Part shown: positions 45,231-54,259 of the stretch, piece after piece
Position numbering within the stretch: position 1 is the first letter of the stretch
Layout: every line of letters begins with the position of its first letter
Origin: an uncultured Vicinamibacteraceae bacterium
GTDB lineage: Bacteria; Acidobacteriota; Vicinamibacteria; Vicinamibacterales; UBA8438
DNA: 64,000 nt
NCBI GenBank assembly: GCA_964507425.1
Contig: CAZDQD010000036.1
Location: 3,848-67,847, forward strand
Direction: 5' to 3'
Notes under the pieces: generated by a model
Told to the model about the DNA's origin: nothing
Database searches by the model: none
What the model saw: the letters and a program-made list of their open reading frames with translations, nothing else
Position numbers and translations under genes: made by a program

Positions 45231-45878
45231 ATGGGAGACGTGGAACACACGCAGTTGCAGGTGGTAGAGGAAAGCGGAGTATCACGGCGTAATTTCATTA
45301 AAGGAGTTATTGCAAGTGGTGCTGCGGTATCGGCATCTAACTACGTTTTGCGGAACGGTCATGGCGTTGCCTTGGCGCAGGCTCCGGGAGCGGTTGAGCG
45401 GCTTGTAACGTTGACAGTTAACGGCCAGCAACGCCGCGTAGACGTTATGCCACAAGAAACCCTGGCGATGACGCTCCGGTACAAGCTTGGTCTTACCGGT
45501 ACGAAAATCGGTTGTGACCGCGCCGAATGTGGAGCGTGTACGGTCTTGATTGATGGGGTGTCCCATTACGGCTGTTCAACACTGACCCACCAGGTGCGCG
45601 GTCGTGAGGTCATGACGATTGAGGGGCTTGAAAGTGCTGATGGCACGCTGCATCCAGTGCAACAGGCAGTCGTCGACAAACAAGGCTTCCAGTGTGCTTT
45701 CTGCATGTCTGGTTTTGTGATGAACATGGTCGAGTTGACCAACGAAAATCCAAACGCGACCCGGAAGGAAGCGGCTCAGCATCTTTCTGGAAACATTTGT
45801 CGGTGCGCGGATTACAACAGGATACTCACAGTTGCTGAGACGGCTCTGGAGTATACGCGTAACGGAGTCAGGAGCTGA
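45231..45878 (+). CDS. Molybdenum hydroxylase small subunit, 2x[2Fe-2S], with a Tat signal (PaoA/YagT-like)
   Basis: SRRNFIKGVIASGAAVSA (near-consensus Tat motif). CDRAECGACTV, CAFCMSGFVM and NICRCADY Cys clusters. GAGGAGG SD. Confidence 0.9.
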   Translation: MGDVEHTQLQVVEESGVSRRNFIKGVIASGAAVSASNYVLRNGHGVALAQAPGAVERLVTLTVNGQQRRVDVMPQETLAMTLRYKLGLTGTKIGCDRAECGACTVLIDGVSHYGCSTLTHQVRGREVMTIEGLESADGTLHPVQQAVVDKQGFQCAFCMSGFVMNMVELTNENPNATRKEAAQHLSGNICRCADYNRILTVAETALEYTRNGVRS

Positions 45879-45880
45879 CA

Positions 45881-48298
45881 ATGGCTGAATACAAGTTGAT
45901 CGGCAAAGACTACACAACCCCGGATATGCTCGCGAAGGTAACTGGCCGGTCGAAATATGCCGAGGATTTCCGAGCTGAGGGCATGCTGTTTGCGAAGCTG
46001 CTTCTCAGTCCTATGCCGCATGCCCGTGTGCGTCGCCTGGACACGAGTGCCGCCATGGCAATGCCTGGTGTTGAGGCGATCTTGACGGCTGATGACCTTC
46101 CTGAAGCGGAAGCACCGCAGGAAGCTGGTTTGACGAACGAGCCACTCTATGAGGGCGACCCCATTCTGGCGATTGCGGCAGTCGATGAAGAGACAGCAGC
46201 GGAAGCGATTGAAGCTGTCGAAATTGATTTTGAACCGTTGCCATTCGTGCTCGACCCCATGGAAAGCTTGCGTCCGGATGGTCCGAACGCGCGGCTTGAT
46301 GGCAACACGATGGCCGGTCGTGACCTTTCAACGATTAAGTGGAACAACGTTGATTGGAACGAATTTGACCGTGGCGTGATGCCGCTCGGCGGTGAAGTGA
46401 CGGACGAATGGCAGGTCGGGGACGTCGAAGCGGGGTTCGCTGAGGCTGACCTTGTTCTCGACGAATCGGTCTTTTCAGCATCGCTGTCGCATCAGCCGCT
46501 AGAGACGCGTTCGGCGATGGCCTATTGGCAAAATGGTAAATGCTATATGCATTGCTCGACGCAGAGCACTGCCCGGACTGAGGGTGGAATGGCTCGGTGG
46601 ATCGGCGTCGACCCTGAAGACTTGGTTCTGATCACTGAGTACTGTGGTGGTGGTTTTGGTAGCAAGATTTCGGCGAATATCCAGGCTCGTGTGACAGCCC
46701 TGCTTTCGAAGAAGGCTGGGAAAGCCGTGATGCACCGTGTTACGCGCCAGGAAGAAAACTTCTTTGGCCGTGCTCGTCCCGGTATCCAGGCTCGTGCGAA
46801 GTTTGGTTTTAAGAGTGATGGCACTATCGTCGCTATCGACCTGGTCCATGTGCAGGATGGTGGGCCTTACGGTCGGTCTGGAGACTTTATGTCGGCCGCG
46901 GATCAGGCCTCGTTGATGTATCAGCCTGACCACATGCGGATGCGCGGTATTACTGTGTATACCAATACGCCGCCGAAAGGTGCGCAACGAGCACCAGGTG
47001 GTGTGCAGGCTGTTGCAATGTTCGCTCCGATTGTTGATAAAGCGGCGAAACAGCTTGGCCTTGACCGGCTCGAAATTATCCGTATGAACGCGCCGGAAGG
47101 TCAGGCGCTCTTCGGTCGGCCTCGCCAGGGGCAGCAAGGCAACGTGTCGAGTGCTTTCGCGAAAGAGGCGATTGACAAGGCTCGTGAGGATTTTGATTGG
47201 GATGGGATGCAGGCAAGGAGTAAGCAGCGTAACGGTACCAAGGTTACAGGTGTCGGGGCTGCAATTAGTTCTTACTCTGCCGGCACGTCTGGTATCGATG
47301 GTCTGTTGGTTATTCGTCCAGACGGGCAAGTTGAGATCCATACGGGTGTCGGCAACCTTGGTACGGAGTCGTTCTCTGACACGTCGCGTGCGGCGATGGA
47401 GGCTCTTGATACTCCATGGGAACAGGCCGAGGTTGTGTGGGGTGATACGAGTAAGCATCTGCCATGGAGTTGTATCCAGGGTGGCAGTATGACAACTCAT
47501 GCGCACACGCGTTCCAATTGGGCTGCTGGTCTTGAGGCCAAGAAGCGGCTTCAGGAAATTGCGGCGGACCGCTTTGGCGGCTCGTCGGATAGTTTCCAAG
47601 TGGCTGACGGTCGCGTGTATCGCGGTGGGCAGAGCCTCAGTTTCGCTCAGGCAGCCGAACGTGCCATCGAGCTTGGTGGTGTCTACGACGGATCAGAGTT
47701 ACCTGAGGACATTAACGAGATGACGACGCGGTCAGCCACAGCGCTGCAGGGTCGTGGTCTCGTTGTGGCCATTAAAGATAACTATGAGACCGGTGGTCGT
47801 AACATGTCTTACGTTATCGGTTTTGCTGAGGTTGAGGTCGATGTTGAAACAGGTGCCGTAAAGCTTGTGGATTACAAGGCATCTGCGGACGTCGGCACGA
47901 TTTTGCACCCAACGAACCTTGTAGCGCAGGTTCACGGTGGTGGTGTTCAGGGCTTCGGTGTGGCGTTGGGTCAGAAGTGGGTCATGGACCCGCAGTGGGG
48001 CCTTCACGTGGCGAAGAGGTTTTATTCGAACCGTCCACCGACCATCCTTGATGTGCCGCATGACAAGGAGATGGGTTTCTCGTCTCCGAATCTGCCTGAC
48101 CCGTTTAGCCCGATCGGCGCACGTGGAGTTGGTGAGCCACCTGTCGGCGCGGCTGCCGGTGCTGTGCTTAATGCGATAGCTGATGCGTTAGGCGATGACG
48201 TTTACTTTAATCGGTCACCCATTATGCGGGACATGATTTTGACAAAACTTAGCCCGGAGTTGGACGAAGCGCATAATCCACTTTCGGCGCACGTGTAG
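45881..48298 (+). CDS. Molybdopterin-binding large subunit of a xanthine-oxidase-family hydroxylase (PaoC/aldehyde oxidoreductase-like)
   Basis: a/b-hammerhead N-terminus (GKDYTTPDMLAKVTGRSKYAEDF). C-terminal GARGVGEPPVGAAAGAVLNAI contains the conserved catalytic Glu context. The start is 2 nt after the small-subunit stop. Confidence 0.9.
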   Translation: MAEYKLIGKDYTTPDMLAKVTGRSKYAEDFRAEGMLFAKLLLSPMPHARVRRLDTSAAMAMPGVEAILTADDLPEAEAPQEAGLTNEPLYEGDPILAIAAVDEETAAEAIEAVEIDFEPLPFVLDPMESLRPDGPNARLDGNTMAGRDLSTIKWNNVDWNEFDRGVMPLGGEVTDEWQVGDVEAGFAEADLVLDESVFSASLSHQPLETRSAMAYWQNGKCYMHCSTQSTARTEGGMARWIGVDPEDLVLITEYCGGGFGSKISANIQARVTALLSKKAGKAVMHRVTRQEENFFGRARPGIQARAKFGFKSDGTIVAIDLVHVQDGGPYGRSGDFMSAADQASLMYQPDHMRMRGITVYTNTPPKGAQRAPGGVQAVAMFAPIVDKAAKQLGLDRLEIIRMNAPEGQALFGRPRQGQQGNVSSAFAKEAIDKAREDFDWDGMQARSKQRNGTKVTGVGAAISSYSAGTSGIDGLLVIRPDGQVEIHTGVGNLGTESFSDTSRAAMEALDTPWEQAEVVWGDTSKHLPWSCIQGGSMTTHAHTRSNWAAGLEAKKRLQEIAADRFGGSSDSFQVADGRVYRGGQSLSFAQAAERAIELGGVYDGSELPEDINEMTTRSATALQGRGLVVAIKDNYETGGRNMSYVIGFAEVEVDVETGAVKLVDYKASADVGTILHPTNLVAQVHGGGVQGFGVALGQKWVMDPQWGLHVAKRFYSNRPPTILDVPHDKEMGFSSPNLPDPFSPIGARGVGEPPVGAAAGAVLNAIADALGDDVYFNRSPIMRDMILTKLSPELDEAHNPLSAHV

Positions 48299-48332
48299 TG
48301 TTCAACAGAATGATTGGTAGAGGAGAGAACCA

Positions 48333-49331
48333 ATGGCCGTAATTCGTGACAAGATGCCGGCGTTTCAGCTTTTTCAACCTTCCAGCACCGAAGAGGCGCT
48401 GGGGTTGCTTGACCGTTACGGTGCCGATGCTAAGGTGCTTGCGGGCGGGCTCGATACGTGGGATTGGCTGAAGGACCGTATCCAGAAACCAGCTGCGGTG
48501 GTTGACCTTGGTGGTATTGCGCCACTGAGAGAAATCCGTGCGACTGGTGGGGGTGTGGAAATCGGTGCTATGGCCACGCTTCGAGAAGTTATTCGACACC
48601 CTGAGGTTTCTGGTCAATTTGATTTGTTGGCGACGTCGGCTTCGCAGGCGGCGTCTCCTCAAATTCAAAACCAGGGCACGGTGGGTGGTAATGTTGGCCA
48701 GGACACGCGGTGCTGGTATTACCGTGATGGTTGGAGTTGTTACCGTGCCGGTGGCAATATCTGTTACGCCGACACTCCGACTGCCATGAATCGTGAGCAT
48801 GCGATTCTTGGCGCAAGTCGCTGTGTTGCCGTCAATCCTTCCGACACTGCTCCGACACTCGTGGCACTTGATGCAGAAATGGTTGTCGTGAACTCGGGTG
48901 GCGAACGTGTGATTCCGGCGCAAGACTTTTTCATTGGTCCTGCGGTGGACATCGAACGGATGACGGCACTTCGGCCAGGTGACCTACTCACTCAAATCCG
49001 TATCCCGTCCACATGGGCTGGCTCGCGGTTCTACTTTGAGAAGGCGCGTGACCGTGCGGTATGGGACTTCCCGCTGGCCAATGTGGCGTCGGCCGCAAAG
49101 GTGAGCAATGGCGTGATTGAAGATATTCGTATCGTTGCCAATGGTGTTGCGCCATACCCGGTTCGATTTATTGCGGCCGAGGATGCAGTACGCGGACAGC
49201 AGGTTAATGAGCAAACGGCCGCCCAGGCAGCCGAGATTGCTATCCGTGGCGTCCAGCCGCTGGCGCACAATGGTTACAAGGTAGCGTTGTTGCATAACCT
49301 TGTAATGCGTTCTGTTCGCGGCGAGGCGTAG
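48333..49331 (+). CDS. FAD-binding subunit of the molybdenum hydroxylase (CoxM/PaoB-like) with a four-Cys insert
   Basis: FAD-binding PCMH-type N-terminus (LLDRYGADAKVLAGGLDTWDWLK). Four Cys lie within 48711-48824 (CWYYRDGWSCYRAGGNICY...SRCV). GGAGAG SD. Confidence 0.85.
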   Translation: MAVIRDKMPAFQLFQPSSTEEALGLLDRYGADAKVLAGGLDTWDWLKDRIQKPAAVVDLGGIAPLREIRATGGGVEIGAMATLREVIRHPEVSGQFDLLATSASQAASPQIQNQGTVGGNVGQDTRCWYYRDGWSCYRAGGNICYADTPTAMNREHAILGASRCVAVNPSDTAPTLVALDAEMVVVNSGGERVIPAQDFFIGPAVDIERMTALRPGDLLTQIRIPSTWAGSRFYFEKARDRAVWDFPLANVASAAKVSNGVIEDIRIVANGVAPYPVRFIAAEDAVRGQQVNEQTAAQAAEIAIRGVQPLAHNGYKVALLHNLVMRSVRGEA

Positions 49332-50156
49332 ATGGAATTGTTTCAGTGGGGTACTGACCCCTGGGGTCAGGAGGTCTTGATCAGGGTATCGTGGGACCTC
49401 CTATACCTCTCATTTTGGGCTGGTGTCGCGTTTATTGTTTTCCATCTGATTTATGCGGCTGTATGGGTGCCGAAGCTGGCGAAGGAGCACGCCGGTGGGG
49501 GCGCTGCCTCCGCGGCTGCTGGTATTCCAGAAAGAATTGAGCGTCATACGCTTGCGGCTCGGCTGTTCCATTGGGTGATGGCCGTATCGATGCTCGTTCT
49601 CATCGTAACCGGATTTTTTCCGATCATAGGGATCCAGTTTGCTTGGGTGACTATCCATTGGATCGCTGGTGTTGTGTTGACGATTTCAATCATTTACCAC
49701 ATCGTCCACGCGACGTTCTTTCTTGATTTTTGGTCTATCTGGATTCTTCCGGCTGATATGGCTGAAGCAGCTGCGCGTGTTAAGCGACAGCTAGGTCAAG
49801 ATGGTGGGCAGGTGCAAAAGCACGGAAAGTATCCGCTTGATCATAAGCTTTATCACACGGCCGTCATGCTCGCTGGTTTTGCGGTAATCGCCACTGGCCT
49901 GGTCATGTTGTTCCGGATCGAGAATGCGCTAGTCGCACGAAACGCTTACCTGTTGGCCGATGAAACATGGGGCTTGATGTACACGCTGCATGGGCTCGGC
50001 GCTGTGCTGTTTGTCATGCTGACGTTGACGCACATTTATTTCGCTATTCGACCGGATAAGATCTGGCTGACTAAAGCGATGATATTTGGGAGCGTCGGTC
50101 GTGAAGAATATCTTGATCATCACGATCCAAAACGTTGGGATGTAACTAGCAAATAA
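49332..50156 (+). CDS. Membrane di-haem cytochrome b (cytochrome b561 / Ni-hydrogenase-type cytochrome b family)
   Basis: The ATG immediately follows the FAD-subunit stop. RHTLAARLFHWVMAVSMLVLIVTG, then further TM helices with conserved-looking His residues (IHWIAG...YHIVH, YHTAVM, LHGLG...THIY). Confidence 0.7.
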   Translation: MELFQWGTDPWGQEVLIRVSWDLLYLSFWAGVAFIVFHLIYAAVWVPKLAKEHAGGGAASAAAGIPERIERHTLAARLFHWVMAVSMLVLIVTGFFPIIGIQFAWVTIHWIAGVVLTISIIYHIVHATFFLDFWSIWILPADMAEAAARVKRQLGQDGGQVQKHGKYPLDHKLYHTAVMLAGFAVIATGLVMLFRIENALVARNAYLLADETWGLMYTLHGLGAVLFVMLTLTHIYFAIRPDKIWLTKAMIFGSVGREEYLDHHDPKRWDVTSK

Positions 50157-50216
50157 CGACAACGGACCGGCGGATCAGTGCTGAATGATTTGCCAAGCTT
50201 ACTTTACTGATAGGGG

Positions 50217-50666
50217 TTGTTCCTACCGATGTCGCAATCCGCGACTGATACTTTAAAAACCTGCGTCGACGTTGTCGAGGAGACGTATGAGTTTTGCCTG
50301 GCGTACGCGGCGAAGGGTGTCAATGTCGAAATGGCTCGCACCATGGACACGCAGGCCCGTGAGCAACTTGAGAAAATGGACCGCATGCTGCCTCAGCTTG
50401 CCGATGCTTTTCTCGGCGTTGCGGAGCAGCAGGACGATACAAGTCGAGGACTCTACACGGCATTCATTGATGTTTTAAGGCGAGATGCGGATGCGGGTCG
50501 TGCGGCAGTGCAACTCGTTCTTGCCCAGGGAGGTATCACCTCTCAAATGGTTGACAACCTCAATGGCATGATTCACCTTCGCGCCTTGCTCACGGATGTA
50601 TTTCTCATTGATGAAATGCTACGTCCGGACGCCGAACATCCTCAGCATATAGAACCGCCTGAGTAG
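50217..50666 (+). CDS. Hypothetical helical protein
   Basis: 149-aa ORF, acidic and predicted to be all-helical. No motif recognised. Confidence 0.35.
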   Translation: MFLPMSQSATDTLKTCVDVVEETYEFCLAYAAKGVNVEMARTMDTQAREQLEKMDRMLPQLADAFLGVAEQQDDTSRGLYTAFIDVLRRDADAGRAAVQLVLAQGGITSQMVDNLNGMIHLRALLTDVFLIDEMLRPDAEHPQHIEPPE

Positions 50667-50744
50667 GGGGTTTTAATTTGTGTCGTGCCATCGAGTTTTG
50701 GTTTCGGTACTCGGCGTGTGTCTGGACTTGGGCGGTAGTGAAAT

Positions 50745-51485
50745 ATGAAACTTAAAGACCGGGTCGCCTTGGTGACGGGTGGGCGGAGGCTCGGAGGTCA
50801 TGTTGCGACCGCTTTAGCGACTCACGGTGTGGACGTCAGCCTTTCCTATCAGCAGTCGACAGAAGCTGCTGGGCGAGCTGCGCAGCAGGTTCACGACGCT
50901 GGACGTCGAGCGTTGGTAACAAAAGCGGATGTCGCTGACAGTGCTGATGTATCGAATCTAATCCGACGTACTGTCGAAGAACTTGGACGACTGGATATTG
51001 TCGTTAACATGGCTTCCATCTATCGAAATATTCCGTTTGATGAGTTAACAGATAACGCATGGCGGGAGTCTATGAGGGTTGACCTCGAAGGGGCGTATCT
51101 GTGTTCGAGGGCGGCCATTCCGCATATGCGGTCGGCGGGTGGCGGCCACATCATAAACTTTTCAGATTGGACAGCTGCGAGTGGTCGTCCCCGGTACAAA
51201 GGGTTTCTTTCGTACTATGTCGCCAAACGTGCCGTAATGGGACTGACAGAGGGGCTCGCACTTGAACTGGCGGCCGACGACATTGCTGTAAATGCGATTG
51301 CCCCGGGCCCAATTATTCCTCCGGAAAGTCTTACCCAGAGTGAAATTGAGGAAGTCGAACGAGCAACCCCATTGGGCCGTTGGGGTGGTGGTGGCGAGAT
51401 CGCTTCTGCCGTTGTCGGTTTGCTTCAGACGGATTTTGTAACTGGTGAAACGATTCGCGTGGATGGCGGGCGCCACCTTCGATAG
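50745..51485 (+). CDS. SDR-family oxidoreductase
   Basis: VALVTGGRRLGGHVA (degenerate TGxxxGxG), NMAS, and YYVAKRA (YxxxK). Confidence 0.8.
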   Translation: MKLKDRVALVTGGRRLGGHVATALATHGVDVSLSYQQSTEAAGRAAQQVHDAGRRALVTKADVADSADVSNLIRRTVEELGRLDIVVNMASIYRNIPFDELTDNAWRESMRVDLEGAYLCSRAAIPHMRSAGGGHIINFSDWTAASGRPRYKGFLSYYVAKRAVMGLTEGLALELAADDIAVNAIAPGPIIPPESLTQSEIEEVERATPLGRWGGGGEIASAVVGLLQTDFVTGETIRVDGGRHLR

Positions 51486-51493
51486 GAGTTCCT

Positions 51494-51856
51494 ATGCCGA
51501 CCCTAATTGAACAATCGTCTCTTGTAGAAGCTGTCGGCACGAGACCAAAGCAGATACGAGAATACATAGGACGCGTAAATACGAAACATGAAGGCGTAAG
51601 TGTGGCGCATATGTTGTCACCGGAAGGTTGGGAGGAACCGGGACAGAGACCGGAGTTCGAAGAGTTTACAGTGGTCTTGAGGGGCGCGCTACGCGTCGAA
51701 CATAGAGATGGAAGTTTCGATGTTTGTGCTGGACAGGCTGTGGTTACAGCCCCTGGTGAGTGGGTCCGTTATAGCAGTCCGACTCAGGGAGGTGCTGAGT
51801 ATATTGCGGTCTGCGTGCCGGCCTTTTCACCGACTACAGTGCACAGAGATACTTAG
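51494..51856 (+). CDS. Cupin-domain protein
   Basis: Small beta-rich ORF (FTVVLRGALRVEH..., VVTAPGEWVRYS...) located 8 nt after the SDR stop. Confidence 0.45.
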   Translation: MPTLIEQSSLVEAVGTRPKQIREYIGRVNTKHEGVSVAHMLSPEGWEEPGQRPEFEEFTVVLRGALRVEHRDGSFDVCAGQAVVTAPGEWVRYSSPTQGGAEYIAVCVPAFSPTTVHRDT

Positions 51857-51907
51857 GAAAAGATCGGCAAGAACGGTTTTGCAAATGGTGGTGGTGCGCG
51901 TCGTGTT

Positions 51908-54169
51908 TCAGTGAGTGCCAGCTGTCGGCAGTGGTTCCGGCTGAAGATGTTGAGTCACAAAATCGACCATTTTTGAGCGACGATGAAGCTCAAGTTCAGC
52001 ACTGCCTAAACGGTGCCGAGATTTTGGATAAATCATCATATCGAAAGGCTTACCGGCATCCTGGAGGGCATAAGCAAATTGGAGGGTGTTTTGCATGTGC
52101 ACGTTTTCGTCCATCGACCCATGGATGAGTAGCAACGCGCCGTGAAGGTGCATTGCCCGAAAACGGGGGGCGCTGCGTTTGTATCCGTCACTGTTGTTTT
52201 CAGGGGTTCTCATATAGCGTTCTGTGTAGATTGAGTCGTAATCCCGCCAATCAGTTACCGAACCGCCAGCAATTCCCATGGACCATCGTGTGCTGTTGGT
52301 GAGGGCGTAGGCAACCATGTAACCGCCGTAACTCCAACCTTCAATCCCAACACGTTTAGAATCGACGAACGACTGACTGGTTAACCAATCAAGACCATCT
52401 TCGAAATCACGAAGTTCAAGTTCACCGAAGCGTTGGTAGACAGGCCATGTTGAAACAGCACCTTTTCCACTCGCGGTCTTGTTGTCAAGAACCCACACAA
52501 CGATTCCGCGCTGTGCAAGCAGTTGCCAATATAGTGTTTCGCGACTCCACGCATTTCGGACACGCTGAATGTGTGGGCCGCCATACACGTGTTGGTAGAC
52601 CGGATAACGCTTCAAAGGATCGAAGCCGGGGGGTTTAACCATCAGGGCTTCCATCACAAAACCATCTCGATTGGTGACTTGCAGGAACTCTGGTTTTGGC
52701 AGACCAAAGTCAGCAAGTGCGGAAACCTTATTTTCGGCTATGGCGCGGATGAGAGAACCATCCGCGTTGTGTACACGCACTTGAGGAGGGGTGTAAATGT
52801 CGCTCCAGGTGTCAATGTAACGAGTAAGACTACGATTGAACATGACACCGTGGGTGCCACTTGATTCTGACAACCGCGTTAAACCAGAACCATCTATCTG
52901 AACGCTGTAGAGATCAGAGCCGATAGGACTTCGTTCCGTAGCTGAGAAAAAGATACGTCCTGTGTTCTGATCGATGCCGTGAAGGTCCCGCACTTCCCAT
53001 TCGCCATTTGTTATTTGGGCAATGACCGAACCATCTTCTGCAATGTGGTAGAGATGACTCCATCCGGTACGTTCACTTTTCCAGAGAGCCGTGCCATCTT
53101 CGAGCCAGACCGGACTGCCAAGTACGTTAACCCAAGCCGTTGAACGTTCCCTGAGAATTTGGTCAACGCTTCCATTCGAAGGGTTTGCGACGTTTAAGTC
53201 AAGCCAGGTCTGTTCACGGTTTTGGACCTGGAATATGAGTTGTCCACTATCAGGATGCCAACCGACATCGACAACCAAAAGGTCATTTGGATCGTACGTG
53301 TCGAATGTGATCCACGTTGTGTCGCCACCAGCGACCGGCACCACGCCGAGTTTGACAATGGGATTGGGATCGCCAGCTTTTGGGTATTCCCATTCTTCAA
53401 CGGTCGGGTGGTAGGGTATGTGGTCAACGACAGGAAATGTAGTGACGTCTCGATCATCAAGTTGTAGGTACGCGATTCTTGATGAGTCTGGACTCCACCA
53501 ATATCCTCGGAAGTTGCCGCGGCCGTATATTTCTTCTTGGTAGACCCAGTCGAGTAGTCCATTGCGGACACGTGGAGCGCCACCGTCCGTGAGGGTACGT
53601 GTTCTCTCTTCAAAAAGGTCGACTACGACGATGTCGTGGTCCTGTATAAAGGCGAGAAACTTACCATCTGGACTAAAGGACACCTCTAGTTCGATGGCCG
53701 GAGTTTGTGTTAGCCGCCTAATGCTATGTTCGCTAACGTTGTAATGGTATAGGTCGCTCGCGTGTTCAAATACCACCGAGGTGCCATTTCCGTTCGTAAG
53801 ATGGTCAGGCTGCCGTGCAATGGCACTTGCGTCCCCAACGGTAAATCCGTTGAGTTCGCGTATTGCTAACTCAAATTGTTCAACGTCTACGATGGGAGTA
53901 CGGTCACCCGATACTGCGTCGACACGAACAAGGGGGCTTTCAAATGCGTCTTGGGGAGATCGACGGTCGACGTATGAGTTGTCGTCGAACCATGTGAGCC
54001 CTACGGGGTAATTTCCGTCAAAATCAATACGCTGAATCGGATCGTACAGAGTTTCGACAGTAAGAGTGCGTTGTTGTGCAAAAACACTGTAAACGGGGCT
54101 AAAAGTGAAAAGAACAAGTGCGACTAACGTAGCACATTGTTTCTTTGAGCGGAGATTAGTTGCGTCCAT
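51908..54169 (-). CDS. S9B dipeptidyl-peptidase IV (DPP4)-like serine peptidase, secreted
   Basis: DPP-IV N-terminal propeller region (FSPDGKFLAF, WSPDSSRIAYL) and catalytic GIEGWSYGGYM, later Asp and His (GSMDENVH, SRHRL). I chose the ATG at 54169, which gives a signal peptide; the track's 54274 start would overlap the divergent gene. Confidence 0.85.
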   Translation of the reverse strand: MDATNLRSKKQCATLVALVLFTFSPVYSVFAQQRTLTVETLYDPIQRIDFDGNYPVGLTWFDDNSYVDRRSPQDAFESPLVRVDAVSGDRTPIVDVEQFELAIRELNGFTVGDASAIARQPDHLTNGNGTSVVFEHASDLYHYNVSEHSIRRLTQTPAIELEVSFSPDGKFLAFIQDHDIVVVDLFEERTRTLTDGGAPRVRNGLLDWVYQEEIYGRGNFRGYWWSPDSSRIAYLQLDDRDVTTFPVVDHIPYHPTVEEWEYPKAGDPNPIVKLGVVPVAGGDTTWITFDTYDPNDLLVVDVGWHPDSGQLIFQVQNREQTWLDLNVANPSNGSVDQILRERSTAWVNVLGSPVWLEDGTALWKSERTGWSHLYHIAEDGSVIAQITNGEWEVRDLHGIDQNTGRIFFSATERSPIGSDLYSVQIDGSGLTRLSESSGTHGVMFNRSLTRYIDTWSDIYTPPQVRVHNADGSLIRAIAENKVSALADFGLPKPEFLQVTNRDGFVMEALMVKPPGFDPLKRYPVYQHVYGGPHIQRVRNAWSRETLYWQLLAQRGIVVWVLDNKTASGKGAVSTWPVYQRFGELELRDFEDGLDWLTSQSFVDSKRVGIEGWSYGGYMVAYALTNSTRWSMGIAGGSVTDWRDYDSIYTERYMRTPENNSDGYKRSAPRFRAMHLHGALLLIHGSMDENVHMQNTLQFAYALQDAGKPFDMMIYPKSRHRLGSAELELHRRSKMVDFVTQHLQPEPLPTAGTH

Positions 54170-54259
54170 CGTTATAATCCCGATAGTGCACCATTTTACT
54201 CGGGATATCTGGGCGAATGGGAGTTTTTCGGTGAAGGTTTTATTTTTGGAGGAATCCAA

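Noticed and set aside
46499-47599. 366-aa minus-strand ORF
   Set aside because: It lies entirely antisense to the molybdopterin large-subunit gene. Its product is Arg/Thr/Leu-rich with no recognisable domain.
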